Positions 46,279 through 56,130 of a DNA stretch of 64,000 nt are shown in pieces (positions within the stretch are counted from its first letter, which is position 1; each line of letters begins with the position of its first letter). The translations under genes were made by a program, and so were the position numbers. Location of the stretch: positions 41,193 through 105,192 of the forward strand of contig JAZQOK010000018.1 of assembly GCA_045627865.1 (NCBI GenBank), in the 5' to 3' direction. A model generated the notes under the pieces. That model had not been told where the DNA came from. It worked only from the letters and a program-made list of their open reading frames with translations, and ran no database searches. The stretch is from Bacteroidales bacterium (GTDB lineage: Bacteria; Bacteroidota; Bacteroidia; Bacteroidales; UBA3663).

Positions 46279-48303
46279 ATGAAAAAAATCACCCTATGTC
46301 TAGCCAGTCTGCTGGCAACAGCGAGCTTCGCTGCGGACAATACCTTTGACATTAACGTGAGCAAATTGGGTGCTCCTATCCAGAGCACCATGTACGGAAT
46401 CTTCTTCGAGGACATCAACTACGCAGCAGACGGTGGTCTGTATGCTGAGATGGTGTTGAACCGCTCGTTCGAATTCCCTAACAACCTTGCAGGATGGGAT
46501 GTATCCGGCAAGGTTTCGGTTATGAACGATGGTCCTTTCGACAAAAATCCTCATTATGTACGACTCGCACCTGCAGGACACGCACACAAGCACACCATGA
46601 TCGAGAACCAGGGCTTCTTCGGCATGGGCGTGAAGGAGGGTGCTGAATACCGCTTCTCGGTTTGGGCTCGTTGTCCAGAGGGCGGCAAGGCTAAAATCTG
46701 GATCGACATCGTGGACAATGACACCATGAGTGATGACCAGAAGCTGGGCAATGCCGGTTTCGACGTCGAGGGCAAGGAGTGGAAGAAATATTCGGTAAAA
46801 GTAAAGGTTCGCAAGACCATCGAGGATGCACACCTCCGCGTATGGGGTGATGCCAAGACCGTGACCGACCTGGAGCACGTGAGCCTCTTCCCTGTTGACA
46901 CCTGGAAGGGTCGCGAGAATGGTATGCGCAAGGATCTGGCTCAGGCTTTGAATGATCTGAAACCTGGTATCTTCCGTTTCCCTGGCGGTTGTATCGTAGA
47001 GGGCACAGATTTGGAGAGCCGTTACCAGTGGAAGAACTCTGTTGGTCCTGTTGAGAACCGTCCGTTGAACGAAAACCGCTGGCACTATACCTTCACCAAG
47101 CGTTACTTCCCTAACTACTACCAGAGCTATGGCCTCGGTTTCTTCGAGTACTTCCAGCTCTGCGAGGATTTCGGTTGCGAGGCTCTGCCTGTTATCAGCT
47201 GCGGTCTCTCTTGCCAGTTCCAGAACGACATCAAGGACGAGGCTAACTGCCACGTGGCTCTTGAGGATCTGGATCCATACATTCAGGATGCTCTCGACCT
47301 GATTGAGTTTGCTAACGGCGATGTGAATACCACCTGGGGTAAAGTTCGTGCAGACATGGGCCATCCAGAGCCATTCAATCTGCACTACCTTGGCGTTGGC
47401 AACGAGCAGTGGGACTACAAGGACAATGCTGCTTTCACTACCCGTCTGAAGAAGTTTATGGATGTGCTCTCGAAGAAGCACCCTGAAATCAAGTATATCG
47501 GTACCACCGGTCCTGACTCGGAGGGTGATGCCTTCAACATGTTGCAGCCAAAGATGAAGGAGCTGGGCGTTTCACTCTACGACGAGCACTTCTACCGCAA
47601 CGAGGAGTGGTTCCTCGGCAAAGCTAAGGATCGTCAGGGCAACCCTATCAACTGCGGCGCTCTGCGTTATGATTCATACGATCGCAAGGGTCCAAAAATT
47701 TTTGCCGGTGAGTATGCTTGCCATGGCCGTGGCAAGAAGTGGAACCACTTCGAGACTTCACTTTATGAGGCAGCCTTCATGACCGGTTTCGAGCGCAATG
47801 CTGACATCGTTCACATGTGTACCTACGCTCCTCTCTTCGCTCATGTGAAGGGTTGGCAGTGGCGTCCAGATATGATCTGGTACGATAACAACCGTATGTT
47901 CAAGTCTTGCAGCTACTATGTTCAGCAGCTCTATGGTATGTACAAGGGTACCAACGTGCTCTCCTGCACCATGAACATGAAGCCCATCGCCGGACAGGAG
48001 GGTCAGAACGGATTGTTTGCTACCGCTTGCTTCGACAAGGCAACCAATAGCGTCATCGTCAAGGTTATCAATACTGGTGACGAGGAGCAGACCATCGACC
48101 TGAAGTGGGCTGGTAAGGCTAAGGACTTGAAGGCTGGTTTCAAGGAGGCCGAGATGATCACCTTCCGCGCCAACCAGATGAACGACGAGAACTCTTTGAA
48201 TGATCCGCTCAAGATTACTCCAAAGACCGACATCATCGATCCTGCTACTACCGAAGTTAAGGTGACCGGTAAGACCTTCCAGATTTACGTATTCAAGAAG
48301 TAA
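46279..48303 (+). CDS. alpha-L-arabinofuranosidase, GH51-like with N-terminal carbohydrate-binding-like domain
   Basis: Signal peptide. FRFPGGCIVEG and an acid/base context LGVGNEQW. 674 aa. Confidence 0.8.
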   Translation: MKKITLCLASLLATASFAADNTFDINVSKLGAPIQSTMYGIFFEDINYAADGGLYAEMVLNRSFEFPNNLAGWDVSGKVSVMNDGPFDKNPHYVRLAPAGHAHKHTMIENQGFFGMGVKEGAEYRFSVWARCPEGGKAKIWIDIVDNDTMSDDQKLGNAGFDVEGKEWKKYSVKVKVRKTIEDAHLRVWGDAKTVTDLEHVSLFPVDTWKGRENGMRKDLAQALNDLKPGIFRFPGGCIVEGTDLESRYQWKNSVGPVENRPLNENRWHYTFTKRYFPNYYQSYGLGFFEYFQLCEDFGCEALPVISCGLSCQFQNDIKDEANCHVALEDLDPYIQDALDLIEFANGDVNTTWGKVRADMGHPEPFNLHYLGVGNEQWDYKDNAAFTTRLKKFMDVLSKKHPEIKYIGTTGPDSEGDAFNMLQPKMKELGVSLYDEHFYRNEEWFLGKAKDRQGNPINCGALRYDSYDRKGPKIFAGEYACHGRGKKWNHFETSLYEAAFMTGFERNADIVHMCTYAPLFAHVKGWQWRPDMIWYDNNRMFKSCSYYVQQLYGMYKGTNVLSCTMNMKPIAGQEGQNGLFATACFDKATNSVIVKVINTGDEEQTIDLKWAGKAKDLKAGFKEAEMITFRANQMNDENSLNDPLKITPKTDIIDPATTEVKVTGKTFQIYVFKK

Positions 48304-48332
48304 TCTAAGTTAAGCTCGCCAATCTATATAAT

Positions 48333-48384
48333 CTAGCTAATCTAGAAAAAAACTGGAAAAATCCAGCATATCTAGATTAGCTAG
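48333..48384. promoter_or_regulatory. 14-bp perfect inverted repeat with a nested 5-bp hairpin, between the two GH51 genes
   Basis: ctagctaatctaga (48333-48346) pairs with tctagattagctag (48371-48384). Inner ctgga-aaaa-tccag is at 48353-48366. No T-run follows. AATCTA occurs four times just upstream. Confidence 0.6.
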
Positions 48385-48403
48385 CAAAACAACCATAAAA
48401 ACT

Positions 48404-49984
48404 ATGAAAAAAACATTAGCAATTAGTGTAGCAGCCTTGTTGGGCAGCTGCATGCAGGCTCAGGACGTCACCCTGACTTTGCACCCTCAGCAGGCAGAGA
48501 CTGTCATTCCAAAGGAGATTTACGGACAGTTTGCTGAGCACCTCGGACGCTGTATCTACGGCGGCATCTGGGTCGGCAAGGATTCTGAAATTGAGAACAT
48601 CGAAGGGTACCGTAAGGATGTATTCGATGCCCTGAAGGAGCTCGAAGTTCCTGTGATGCGCTGGCCAGGCGGTTGCTTCGCCGATGAATATCACTGGATG
48701 GACGGTATCGGTCCACAGGAGAAACGTCCACGCATGGTGAACACCAACTGGGGTGGAACCGTTGAGGACAATTCGTTTGGTACCCACGAGTTCCTGAACC
48801 TCTGCGAATTGCTGGGTTGCGAACCTTACATCTCGGGCAATGTCGGTTCCGGCACTGTCGAGGAGATGGCTAAGTGGGTTGAGTATATGAACTCAGATAC
48901 CAACAGCACCATGGCTGAGGAGCGTCGCAAGAATGGCCGTGAGAAGCCTTGGAACGTGAAGTACTTCGGCGTCGGCAACGAAAGCTGGGGTTGTGGCGGC
49001 AACATGAAGATCGAATACTACGTAAACGAATACAAGCGCTACAACACCTATGCCCGCAACTACGGCAACAATAAGCTGTTCCGTATTGCATCGGGTGCTA
49101 ATGGTGGCGATACCCACTGGATGGATGTTGCTATGCGCGAGTGCCGTCACAATATGGATGGTATTTCGGTTCACTTCTATGCTGTACGAGATTGGGGTTC
49201 GGAGGATGATCCTATCACAGGTATTCCTATGGGCAAGAAGGGTTCAGCCCTGAAGTTCTCGGATCAGGAGTACTACGAAATCGTTTCGAAGTCACTCGAG
49301 TTGGAAGATGTTCTGAAGGCTCACATGAAGGTGATGGACAAATACGATCCACAGAAGCGAGTAGCTATCATGTTCGACGAATGGGGAACCTGGTTTAACG
49401 TCGAACCAGGCACCAACCCAGGCTGGCTCTACCAGCAAAGCACCATGCGTGATGCTGTCATCGCAGCTTCGTCGCTCGATATCTTCCACAAGTACACCGA
49501 CCGCGTGAAGATGGCAAATATCGCTCAGGTGGTTAACGTACTGCAGAGCATGGTTCTGACCAACGAAAAGAACCCTAAGGACCATTGCATCATGACTCCT
49601 ACCTACTACGTCTTCAAGATGTACAAGGCTCACAAGGAGGGCAAGTTCGTACCAGGCGAACTTACTTGCGAGAAGATTCAGGTGAACGAGAAGGAGCAGG
49701 TTCCTGTTGTTTCTCAGTCTGCTTCGATCAAGGAGGGTGTCATCAGCCTCTCTCTGTCGAACCTCGACGTAGCCAAGACCCACGTTGTGGCTGTCAACAT
49801 CGATGGTCAGAAGGTAAAGAACATTTCGGGCGAGATCCTTACCGCCAAGGATGTTCATGCCTACAACGACTTCGGCAAGCAGCAGGTCGCTACTACCGCG
49901 TTCAACGACTTCAAGATCAAGAAGGACGGCACACTACTCGTTACCATCCCTGCTCATAGCGTAGTTACTCTGAGCCTCAAGTAA
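48404..49984 (+). CDS. alpha-N-arabinofuranosidase, GH51
   Basis: Signal peptide. MRWPGGCFADEYHW and FGVGNESWGCGG. Confidence 0.85.
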   Translation: MKKTLAISVAALLGSCMQAQDVTLTLHPQQAETVIPKEIYGQFAEHLGRCIYGGIWVGKDSEIENIEGYRKDVFDALKELEVPVMRWPGGCFADEYHWMDGIGPQEKRPRMVNTNWGGTVEDNSFGTHEFLNLCELLGCEPYISGNVGSGTVEEMAKWVEYMNSDTNSTMAEERRKNGREKPWNVKYFGVGNESWGCGGNMKIEYYVNEYKRYNTYARNYGNNKLFRIASGANGGDTHWMDVAMRECRHNMDGISVHFYAVRDWGSEDDPITGIPMGKKGSALKFSDQEYYEIVSKSLELEDVLKAHMKVMDKYDPQKRVAIMFDEWGTWFNVEPGTNPGWLYQQSTMRDAVIAASSLDIFHKYTDRVKMANIAQVVNVLQSMVLTNEKNPKDHCIMTPTYYVFKMYKAHKEGKFVPGELTCEKIQVNEKEQVPVVSQSASIKEGVISLSLSNLDVAKTHVVAVNIDGQKVKNISGEILTAKDVHAYNDFGKQQVATTAFNDFKIKKDGTLLVTIPAHSVVTLSLK

Positions 49985-49991
49985 TAGCTTA

Positions 49992-51152
49992 ATGGTTACA
50001 GACCCAATGCTGTTTACCAATCTGATTATAACACTACCAACATTTGCATGCCTGTTCTGGGCATGCATTTTCTTGTTGGAATATCGTAAAGGCCCGAAGG
50101 AGAAGAGACTGATGTGCTGGTTTATGATTACAGCCACGCTCCTCTACTTCGGACACTATTGCTATTTCAGCAAAGCCTATGGGATTCTGCCCGTAACCGA
50201 CACGCTCTATTCCATGGCTAATCTGGCGGTATATCCGATCTACTATCTCTATGTCCGATACATCACAACCAACCGGTTAGAGATCAAAAGATGTCTGTTG
50301 GTTCTTCTGCCAGCGGCATTAATTGGCATCAGCAATCTGCTGGCCTACAGTTTCGAAAACAAAGAGAGCGTGGATGCCTTCATAGCAGAATACCTATACC
50401 ACGAAGAACGTGCGATGGCAGATTCCATAACCTATCATTGGCTGTATGTGAATCATGCTCTGGCAAGATTCTGCTTTGCCGCCATGGTGCTGATAACGAT
50501 ATTGCTTTGCTACAGGATGATCAGACAGTTCGACCAAAGGCTCAAGGAGTTCTATTCTAACCGCGAGGGGCGAAATATGAATGTGATCATGACCCTCCAA
50601 ATCAGCATGGTAATAACGTCGGTCGGAGCCGTCATCCTAAACGTACTGGGAAAATCATTTTTTGTCGACAACATCCTGTTGGCCATCCCTTCGCTTGCTT
50701 TTTCATCGTTGCTGTTTGCGATAGGATACGATGCCTACCGACGGACATTCACAGCAAGAATATTCGAGGACGAACAGAAGAACGCACCTATAGAAGAGCT
50801 TTCCACCGAAAAGATCGAATCAGAATTATCAGTTCGTCTTATCAAAATCCTGAACGAAGAACAGCTGTATCTGCAGACCGACCTGAAGATTACAGACCTG
50901 GCACGAGTTTTGGCGACAAACCGAAACTATATCTATCTGGCCATCAAGAATGACCTGAACACAAACTTTTCGGACCTGATCAACAAGATGCGCATCGAAC
51001 ATGCACAGAAGCTCATCGACAAAGATCCTTCCTGCCCCTTGTCAGAAGTTGCACTAATGTCTGGATACACCTCCGAAAGTTCATTCTATCGCAACTTCAA
51101 GAAACAAACAGGAGCAACACCTGCGGAACACAAGAGAAGAGAACAAGGATAA
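49992..51152 (+). CDS. membrane-anchored AraC-family transcriptional regulator
   Basis: About 240 aa of TM helices, then an AraC HTH pair (ITDLARVLATNRNYIYLAIK ... VALMSGYTSESSFYRNFKKQTG). Starts 8 nt after the GH51 stop. Confidence 0.8.
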   Translation: MVTDPMLFTNLIITLPTFACLFWACIFLLEYRKGPKEKRLMCWFMITATLLYFGHYCYFSKAYGILPVTDTLYSMANLAVYPIYYLYVRYITTNRLEIKRCLLVLLPAALIGISNLLAYSFENKESVDAFIAEYLYHEERAMADSITYHWLYVNHALARFCFAAMVLITILLCYRMIRQFDQRLKEFYSNREGRNMNVIMTLQISMVITSVGAVILNVLGKSFFVDNILLAIPSLAFSSLLFAIGYDAYRRTFTARIFEDEQKNAPIEELSTEKIESELSVRLIKILNEEQLYLQTDLKITDLARVLATNRNYIYLAIKNDLNTNFSDLINKMRIEHAQKLIDKDPSCPLSEVALMSGYTSESSFYRNFKKQTGATPAEHKRREQG

Positions 51153-51216
51153 TCCGGAGAACAGGATATAACCCAGAACCAAGATTAATCCAGAGAACAA
51201 GAGACAACCAGACAAA
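51131..51216. repeat. degenerate ~18-bp tandem units (ending AGAACA) spanning the AraC-family stop codon
   Basis: caagagaagagaaca/aggataatccggagaaca/ggatataacccagaacca/agattaatccagagaaca/agagacaaccagacaaa. The stop TAA is at 51150-51152. Confidence 0.7.
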
Positions 51217-51256
51217 AAAACAAGAGGTGTACCCGTACGGCACACCTCTCTTTCTA
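51213..51256. terminator. bidirectional intrinsic terminator
   Basis: 8-bp stem agaggtgt / acacctct plus two inner GC pairs. An A7 run lies before it and tctttct after. Confidence 0.7.
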
Positions 51257-51281
51257 TATATATGTTTAAGTGGTTATGTAA

Positions 51282-52487
51282 TTATTGCTTGGTCAAACGA
51301 CAAGGCAGATTGGCAACATTCGAGAAGGCGAAATCACCCAAAGGAAGGAACAGACGAGTGAAATCTTTGCCAAATGGAGGCTCTGAATTCCAACTATTGG
51401 GTGAAGGTTCCTCGTAACCATTCTTATAATCATCGATGCCACAAGGACGTGCTTCATTGACGAGATACTTGGTTACATGGAAATTAATATAACCATTCTC
51501 GCAGGTAAATGTACCCTTCATACGCTGCCCCCATGAAGGAATAATAAAATCGAAGTTGTCACCATCGAAGATCATGGCCGTACGAACATCATACTGACCA
51601 TCATTCCGGTCCATAAACCACAACCAGGTTCCCTGAACATCCTTTGAATTCATTTCGATCTTAGCATCCTTCTTATAGAAAACCATCATGCCATGATCCT
51701 CGTAAACCTCCACCAGATTGCCCTGGTTATCCTGGTATGTATAGATTGGAATAATGACAAGAGCCTGATTATTACGATACACCTCGATTTTGGCCTTATG
51801 TGGCTCAATCTGATTCTTATCAGAAGATGTCGCAACTGGAGTCATATAGACGATGTCGCCCTCAAGGACATAAGTACCTGCTTCATACGCAACACTATCC
51901 CAATCCTCCATGATCGAATAGGTCTTATCGGTCAGGGTGAGTATGGTGGTATAGTCCTCACTCTTCATCAACCACACACCGGCAAGCGAGGCGGCATCGC
52001 CACCAACGTTACCCGAGTCTGAATTCAATATCTCAACATCCTTAATGACCGAAACAACCGTACCATCGACAGTCTCAGCATTAACGGTAATCTTCACGGT
52101 CTCAGAAACTCCATCGCCAACGGCAACAACGACAACGTAAGAATAGGTAGAATTTGCACCACGTACAGCCGACGCATTATTACTGAGAGCTTGTGCCGGA
52201 CACTCCAAATAACCATCGACGCCAGCTACAGCAATAAAGAATTTGCTTAATTCAACAGGACTGGTAACAATAATACTGGTCGATGTTTCGGTCTTGGTCA
52301 CATGGTTTGTGAGACCTTGTACCTGGTCGGTTACAGCAGGAATGGATCCCTGTTTAACAACGGCATCGACAACACCCAATACCTGCTCAATTGCAGACTT
52401 TACATCGCCTGAATCATCATCGCTGTCGCAACCTGTAAAGGAAAATGCGGCAAAGGCCATCATGGCCATAACAAAATACTTTTTCAT
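51282..52487 (-). CDS. lipoprotein of unknown function
   Basis: Lipobox SFTGC followed by DSDDDSGD. Beta-rich, with repeated GTW/GVW-containing lipocalin-like segments. No family recognised. Confidence 0.6.
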   Translation of the reverse strand: MKKYFVMAMMAFAAFSFTGCDSDDDSGDVKSAIEQVLGVVDAVVKQGSIPAVTDQVQGLTNHVTKTETSTSIIVTSPVELSKFFIAVAGVDGYLECPAQALSNNASAVRGANSTYSYVVVVAVGDGVSETVKITVNAETVDGTVVSVIKDVEILNSDSGNVGGDAASLAGVWLMKSEDYTTILTLTDKTYSIMEDWDSVAYEAGTYVLEGDIVYMTPVATSSDKNQIEPHKAKIEVYRNNQALVIIPIYTYQDNQGNLVEVYEDHGMMVFYKKDAKIEMNSKDVQGTWLWFMDRNDGQYDVRTAMIFDGDNFDFIIPSWGQRMKGTFTCENGYINFHVTKYLVNEARPCGIDDYKNGYEEPSPNSWNSEPPFGKDFTRLFLPLGDFAFSNVANLPCRLTKQ

Positions 52488-52586
52488 AATAATAAATTAA
52501 TTAATGTGGGATTTGATACCGCAAAGATAAACTATTTTTGATGTAAAGACACTTGCAAATTCGCAAATCAGGACTCCTAATATAAC

Positions 52587-52622
52587 AAAAAAGCACACCA
52601 GAACGGTGTGCTTATATTTTTT
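52587..52622. terminator. intrinsic terminator after the 52636-53997 gene
   Basis: 9-bp stem aagcacacc / ggtgtgctt with a 5-nt loop. U-runs are present on both strands. Confidence 0.8.
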
Positions 52623-52635
52623 GATGATTTTGAAT

Positions 52636-53997
52636 TTATTTGTCTGGGTACTTAACGAAATACTCCTCAACAGCATTTACGTTCTTCTCAATAGCAGCAA
52701 CCCAAGGCTTGCGGTGAGAATCATCCTCCTCGTTAGCAGCGAGGTAAAGCTGACGCTGAATAAGGTTCTTCCATTCGTCGCTGCGGAAATACTTACGCTG
52801 GGTAAGAATGTATTCGATCAAAGACATTGAACGACCGAAGTCAGCCAACTCCCACTCGCCATTCTCACGGATGAGCTGCATATTCATGCTTGACTTAGAG
52901 ATATCAAAGCCCTTGACATTGGCTACGTTCAAATATACTGATACATAATCATCAGTAATAGGAATAACGTGTGCGCTGCTGATGAAAACGAGATCATCCT
53001 CAGGATTGTTGACGAGGTAGTTGAGCTTCTCATGACGCATCTCACGGCCGAAAGCATCAATAGGAACTGCAAATGCGTGGGTCAGCAAAGCGTGAAGCTG
53101 CTTTGAGAATGCCTTCTCTACGTTTGGAAGGTTACAAGCAGCATCCTTGCAAGTGCGGCCAGGAATAGCATTGAAGAGAGCACGAACACGCTTCTCGTTC
53201 AAACCAGAAGCAATGAGACGTCTCTGAATTTCAGGCGAAGACTCGATAACGAAGGTTGGCTCCTTCTCACCTGCAACAGTGATGTTATCTGGGTACTTCT
53301 CCAAGTATGCATCGATATCGCTCAACATACGACGAGAAGCATCACGCTCCTTAACTTTATAGCGTGGGTAGTTACCCTCGAAACGCTCCTTCTCGAACCA
53401 ACGGCGCCACTCTAGTGAGCGGAAGCAAAGACGCTGATCGCGGATGAAGTCCTTGATTTCAGACTTGAAACGGTCCCTACCTACAGCGAAGTCATCAATA
53501 AGCCAATGACCGCCTGAAGGGATCAAACTCAAAGTGGTTACGATGTGTGAATACTCACGAGAGTTAGAATAGCCAACGTAGCAGTAGCTGGCATATACCT
53601 TAGCGAAAGTAGAATCGTTAGAGTTGTAGATCTTAACGGAGTCAACGGTGGTTACGTCACGATCACAAATCTCACCAAAGATACTTGATGCGAAATAAGC
53701 GGTACGGAGAGGTGACTCAACGTCCATCAAATCCTTTGACTCACGAATCAATGCAGCAGCATCGAATGAGCAAAGGTTCTCCTTCTTCTCATTCTCCTCG
53801 CCCTTGAAAGTAGGCAAAGACCAGAACAAACGCTCAACGATTGAGTCAGTCAATTCTTCACAAGCTTCAATGGAGTCGTTACTTACACTTGGTACGATGA
53901 CGGTCGGAGCAGACTGCTCCTTTTGTCCGGAACATGCGGCCAATGTTGCAACTGCAAAGAGACCGGCAATCAACTTAAATGAATTTTTCTTATTCAT
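52636..53997 (-). CDS. lipoprotein of unknown function with an internal two-module duplication
   Basis: Lipobox TLAAC. Two modules end alike: ...HWLIDDFAVGR ... IDAYLEKYPD and ...EWELADFGRSM ... VEEYFVKYPDK. Confidence 0.6.
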   Translation of the reverse strand: MNKKNSFKLIAGLFAVATLAACSGQKEQSAPTVIVPSVSNDSIEACEELTDSIVERLFWSLPTFKGEENEKKENLCSFDAAALIRESKDLMDVESPLRTAYFASSIFGEICDRDVTTVDSVKIYNSNDSTFAKVYASYCYVGYSNSREYSHIVTTLSLIPSGGHWLIDDFAVGRDRFKSEIKDFIRDQRLCFRSLEWRRWFEKERFEGNYPRYKVKERDASRRMLSDIDAYLEKYPDNITVAGEKEPTFVIESSPEIQRRLIASGLNEKRVRALFNAIPGRTCKDAACNLPNVEKAFSKQLHALLTHAFAVPIDAFGREMRHEKLNYLVNNPEDDLVFISSAHVIPITDDYVSVYLNVANVKGFDISKSSMNMQLIRENGEWELADFGRSMSLIEYILTQRKYFRSDEWKNLIQRQLYLAANEEDDSHRKPWVAAIEKNVNAVEEYFVKYPDK

Positions 53998-54337
53998 GGA
54001 TTATAATGAATATATAATAATAATTGCATTCGGGTTTACGGTGCAAATATAAAGAAAAAAATTTATATGCCATCAAAAAATCATAAAAAAATTAAAATTT
54101 CCTCTTATTTTGTGTCTTTTGGTTCATTTCGAATAGATAGAGACCCCCAATTTGAGCGCAATTGCACAACAAACCTCGTCATTTTATCCCATAAACGAGG
54201 GCATGAAAGCAAGAAATCAACCAGGATTGAATTCAGCAAAAAATATACAATAATAAAATATTTTACGCACCATGCAATTTTTTTGTAACAATTCCGTTAT
54301 ACCTTATAATATAATAAACACACATCCAACCTATCGA

Positions 54338-55120
54338 ATGTTAAACGCGAACAGAGAGGCAGCCCTACAGGCCATCAAGACTGAACTGGAATCGTTCGGG
54401 CCTATCGGGCTCGATCAGATGAAGAAGGTCAAATTGATGAACCGTATCGATACCAAATACGTCATCCCGCTTGCTCAATTAGCTCCGCTTCTACACATTG
54501 CGGCGCCAGAATATTTTGTGCAATCCACCGACGGAAAACGTACCGCCTCTTACCACACCATCTATCTGGACACGGCCGATCACAGGATGTACAATCTACA
54601 TCAAGTGGGTCGAAAAGTCCGTCAGAAGATACGAATCCGACAATATCTGGACACCCAGAACACCTTCCTCGAAATCAAGAACAAAAACAACCACGGACGC
54701 ACCAAGAAGAAACGCATCGAGGTTCCCCTGATGGATTGCATGTCGCTCGCGGATTGCGTTGATTTTGTGGCCGAAAAGTCCTGGTTCAAGATGGACGAGC
54801 TCCGCAAGCATGTCGAGAATCGGTTCGAACGAATTACCCTCGTAAACCGTGGGTTCTCCGAACGATTAACCATCGATCTGGGTGTGCATTTCCACAATTA
54901 CGAAACCGGACGCGATGCAGACATCGGCCATTTGGTTATCATCGAGCTCAAACGCGATGGTGCAACCTATTCGCCGATGTATAATCTCCTGCTCCGCATG
55001 CACATCCACCAAGGTGGATTCAGTAAATACTGCATCGGATGCGCATTGACCAATCCGGCTCTCCGACAAAACAATTTCAAGGAGAAGATACATCGGATAG
55101 ATTCACTTCGTTCACGATAA
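54338..55120 (+). CDS. VTC-domain (CYTH-like tunnel, polyphosphate-polymerase-like) protein
   Basis: RIDTKYVIP, YHTIYLDTADHRMY, RQKIRIRQY, FLEIKNKNNHGRTKKKR and LVIIELKRDG match the basic-tunnel pattern of VTC domains. ATG at 54338 was chosen over the ORF-track start at 54272. Confidence 0.7.
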   Translation: MLNANREAALQAIKTELESFGPIGLDQMKKVKLMNRIDTKYVIPLAQLAPLLHIAAPEYFVQSTDGKRTASYHTIYLDTADHRMYNLHQVGRKVRQKIRIRQYLDTQNTFLEIKNKNNHGRTKKKRIEVPLMDCMSLADCVDFVAEKSWFKMDELRKHVENRFERITLVNRGFSERLTIDLGVHFHNYETGRDADIGHLVIIELKRDGATYSPMYNLLLRMHIHQGGFSKYCIGCALTNPALRQNNFKEKIHRIDSLRSR

Positions 55121-55208
55121 ATATCGCTATGCGAAGTTAAAAGTTCACTTCGTTCACGATAATTATCGCTATGCGAGGTTAAAAGTTCACTTCGTTCACG
55201 TTAAATAT
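55102..55208. repeat. 42-bp tandem repeat (2 full copies plus a partial one) spanning the VTC stop codon
   Basis: Copies start at 55102, 55144 and 55186. Copies 1 and 2 match at 40 of 42 positions. Each contains the palindromes acttcg..cgaagt and cgata-aa-tatcg. Confidence 0.9.
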
Positions 55209-55344
55209 AACATGTTAAATATTGCATGTTAAATAACCCAAACATTTAACAGTTTACTATTTAACGCCAAAGGCTTTTAACGTGAGGCAAAGCCGAACTT
55301 TTATCGTGAGTACAAAATACGAACATTTAACATTTTAATATATT

Positions 55345-56040
55345 ATGATTTTTGATCTAATTTCTTTCGCTGCCAAAGTGGCAGACGAGGCTGATGCCCT
55401 GATGGGAGGCGACGAGCCTGTATTTGAGTTTACCGGACTGTGGGATCTGCTTCTACACTTCGGGTTCAATCTGATATTCGCAATCGGTATTATTCATTTG
55501 CTCTATTTCCGTCGCAGCCGCCGTGCCGACTACTATTTCACCTTTGCCTTGATCAGCATCTCCATCTTCCTGATGCTCTATCTGTTGGGTTCAGTCAAGA
55601 TCAAAATCGGATTCGCTCTCGGTCTGTTTGCCATCTTCGGCATCATCCGTTATCGTACCGAATCGATGCCAGTACGAGAGATGACCTATCTCTTCGTGAT
55701 TATCTCTATGAGTGTAATCAATGCGTTGGTACACGATTGGGTAAACCTGGTGGCAGTTGACAGTCTCTTCTTCTGCTCTTGCCTATTGGGCGAGCAGACA
55801 CGTCGTTTCAAGCACAATGCCTGCAAGTATGTCAAATATGACCGTATCGATCTGATTCTCCCTTCGAAGAAGGCAGAAATGATTGCAGATCTTGAAGCTC
55901 GTTTGGGCGTCAAAATTCTTCGCGTGGATGTCGGCACAGTCAATTTCCTCAAGGATATGGCACTCCTCAAGGTTTATTACGAACCCCTGGATGACAATGA
56001 GGAGAACACGGTTGACGAGATGACCAAGATTCCATCTTAA
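55345..56040 (+). CDS. DUF4956-like integral membrane protein
   Basis: Four or five TM helices followed by a about 90-aa cytosolic C-terminal domain. It sits in the usual partner position next to a VTC-domain gene (recollection). Confidence 0.6.
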   Translation: MIFDLISFAAKVADEADALMGGDEPVFEFTGLWDLLLHFGFNLIFAIGIIHLLYFRRSRRADYYFTFALISISIFLMLYLLGSVKIKIGFALGLFAIFGIIRYRTESMPVREMTYLFVIISMSVINALVHDWVNLVAVDSLFFCSCLLGEQTRRFKHNACKYVKYDRIDLILPSKKAEMIADLEARLGVKILRVDVGTVNFLKDMALLKVYYEPLDDNEENTVDEMTKIPS

Positions 56041-56050
56041 TATAACGACT

Positions 56051-56058
56051 TATTTTTG
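56051..56058 (+). promoter_or_regulatory. candidate -7 box (TATTTTTG) upstream of the beta-barrel gene
   Basis: Exact TAnnTTTG match, 73 nt upstream of the ATG at 56131. A 7-bp inverted repeat acgcgga/tccgcgt follows it. Confidence 0.4.
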
Positions 56059-56130
56059 GCACGCAGATTACGCGGATAAAGCAGATATAAATTTCCGCGT
56101 TCAACTGTACATGTCAACAAATCAACGATT

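Noticed and set aside
54067-54288. 73-aa ORF upstream of the VTC gene
   Set aside because: It is a very AT-rich, Lys/Ile/Phe-biased product lying across the predicted promoter of the divergent lipoprotein gene. It has no terminator and no motif.
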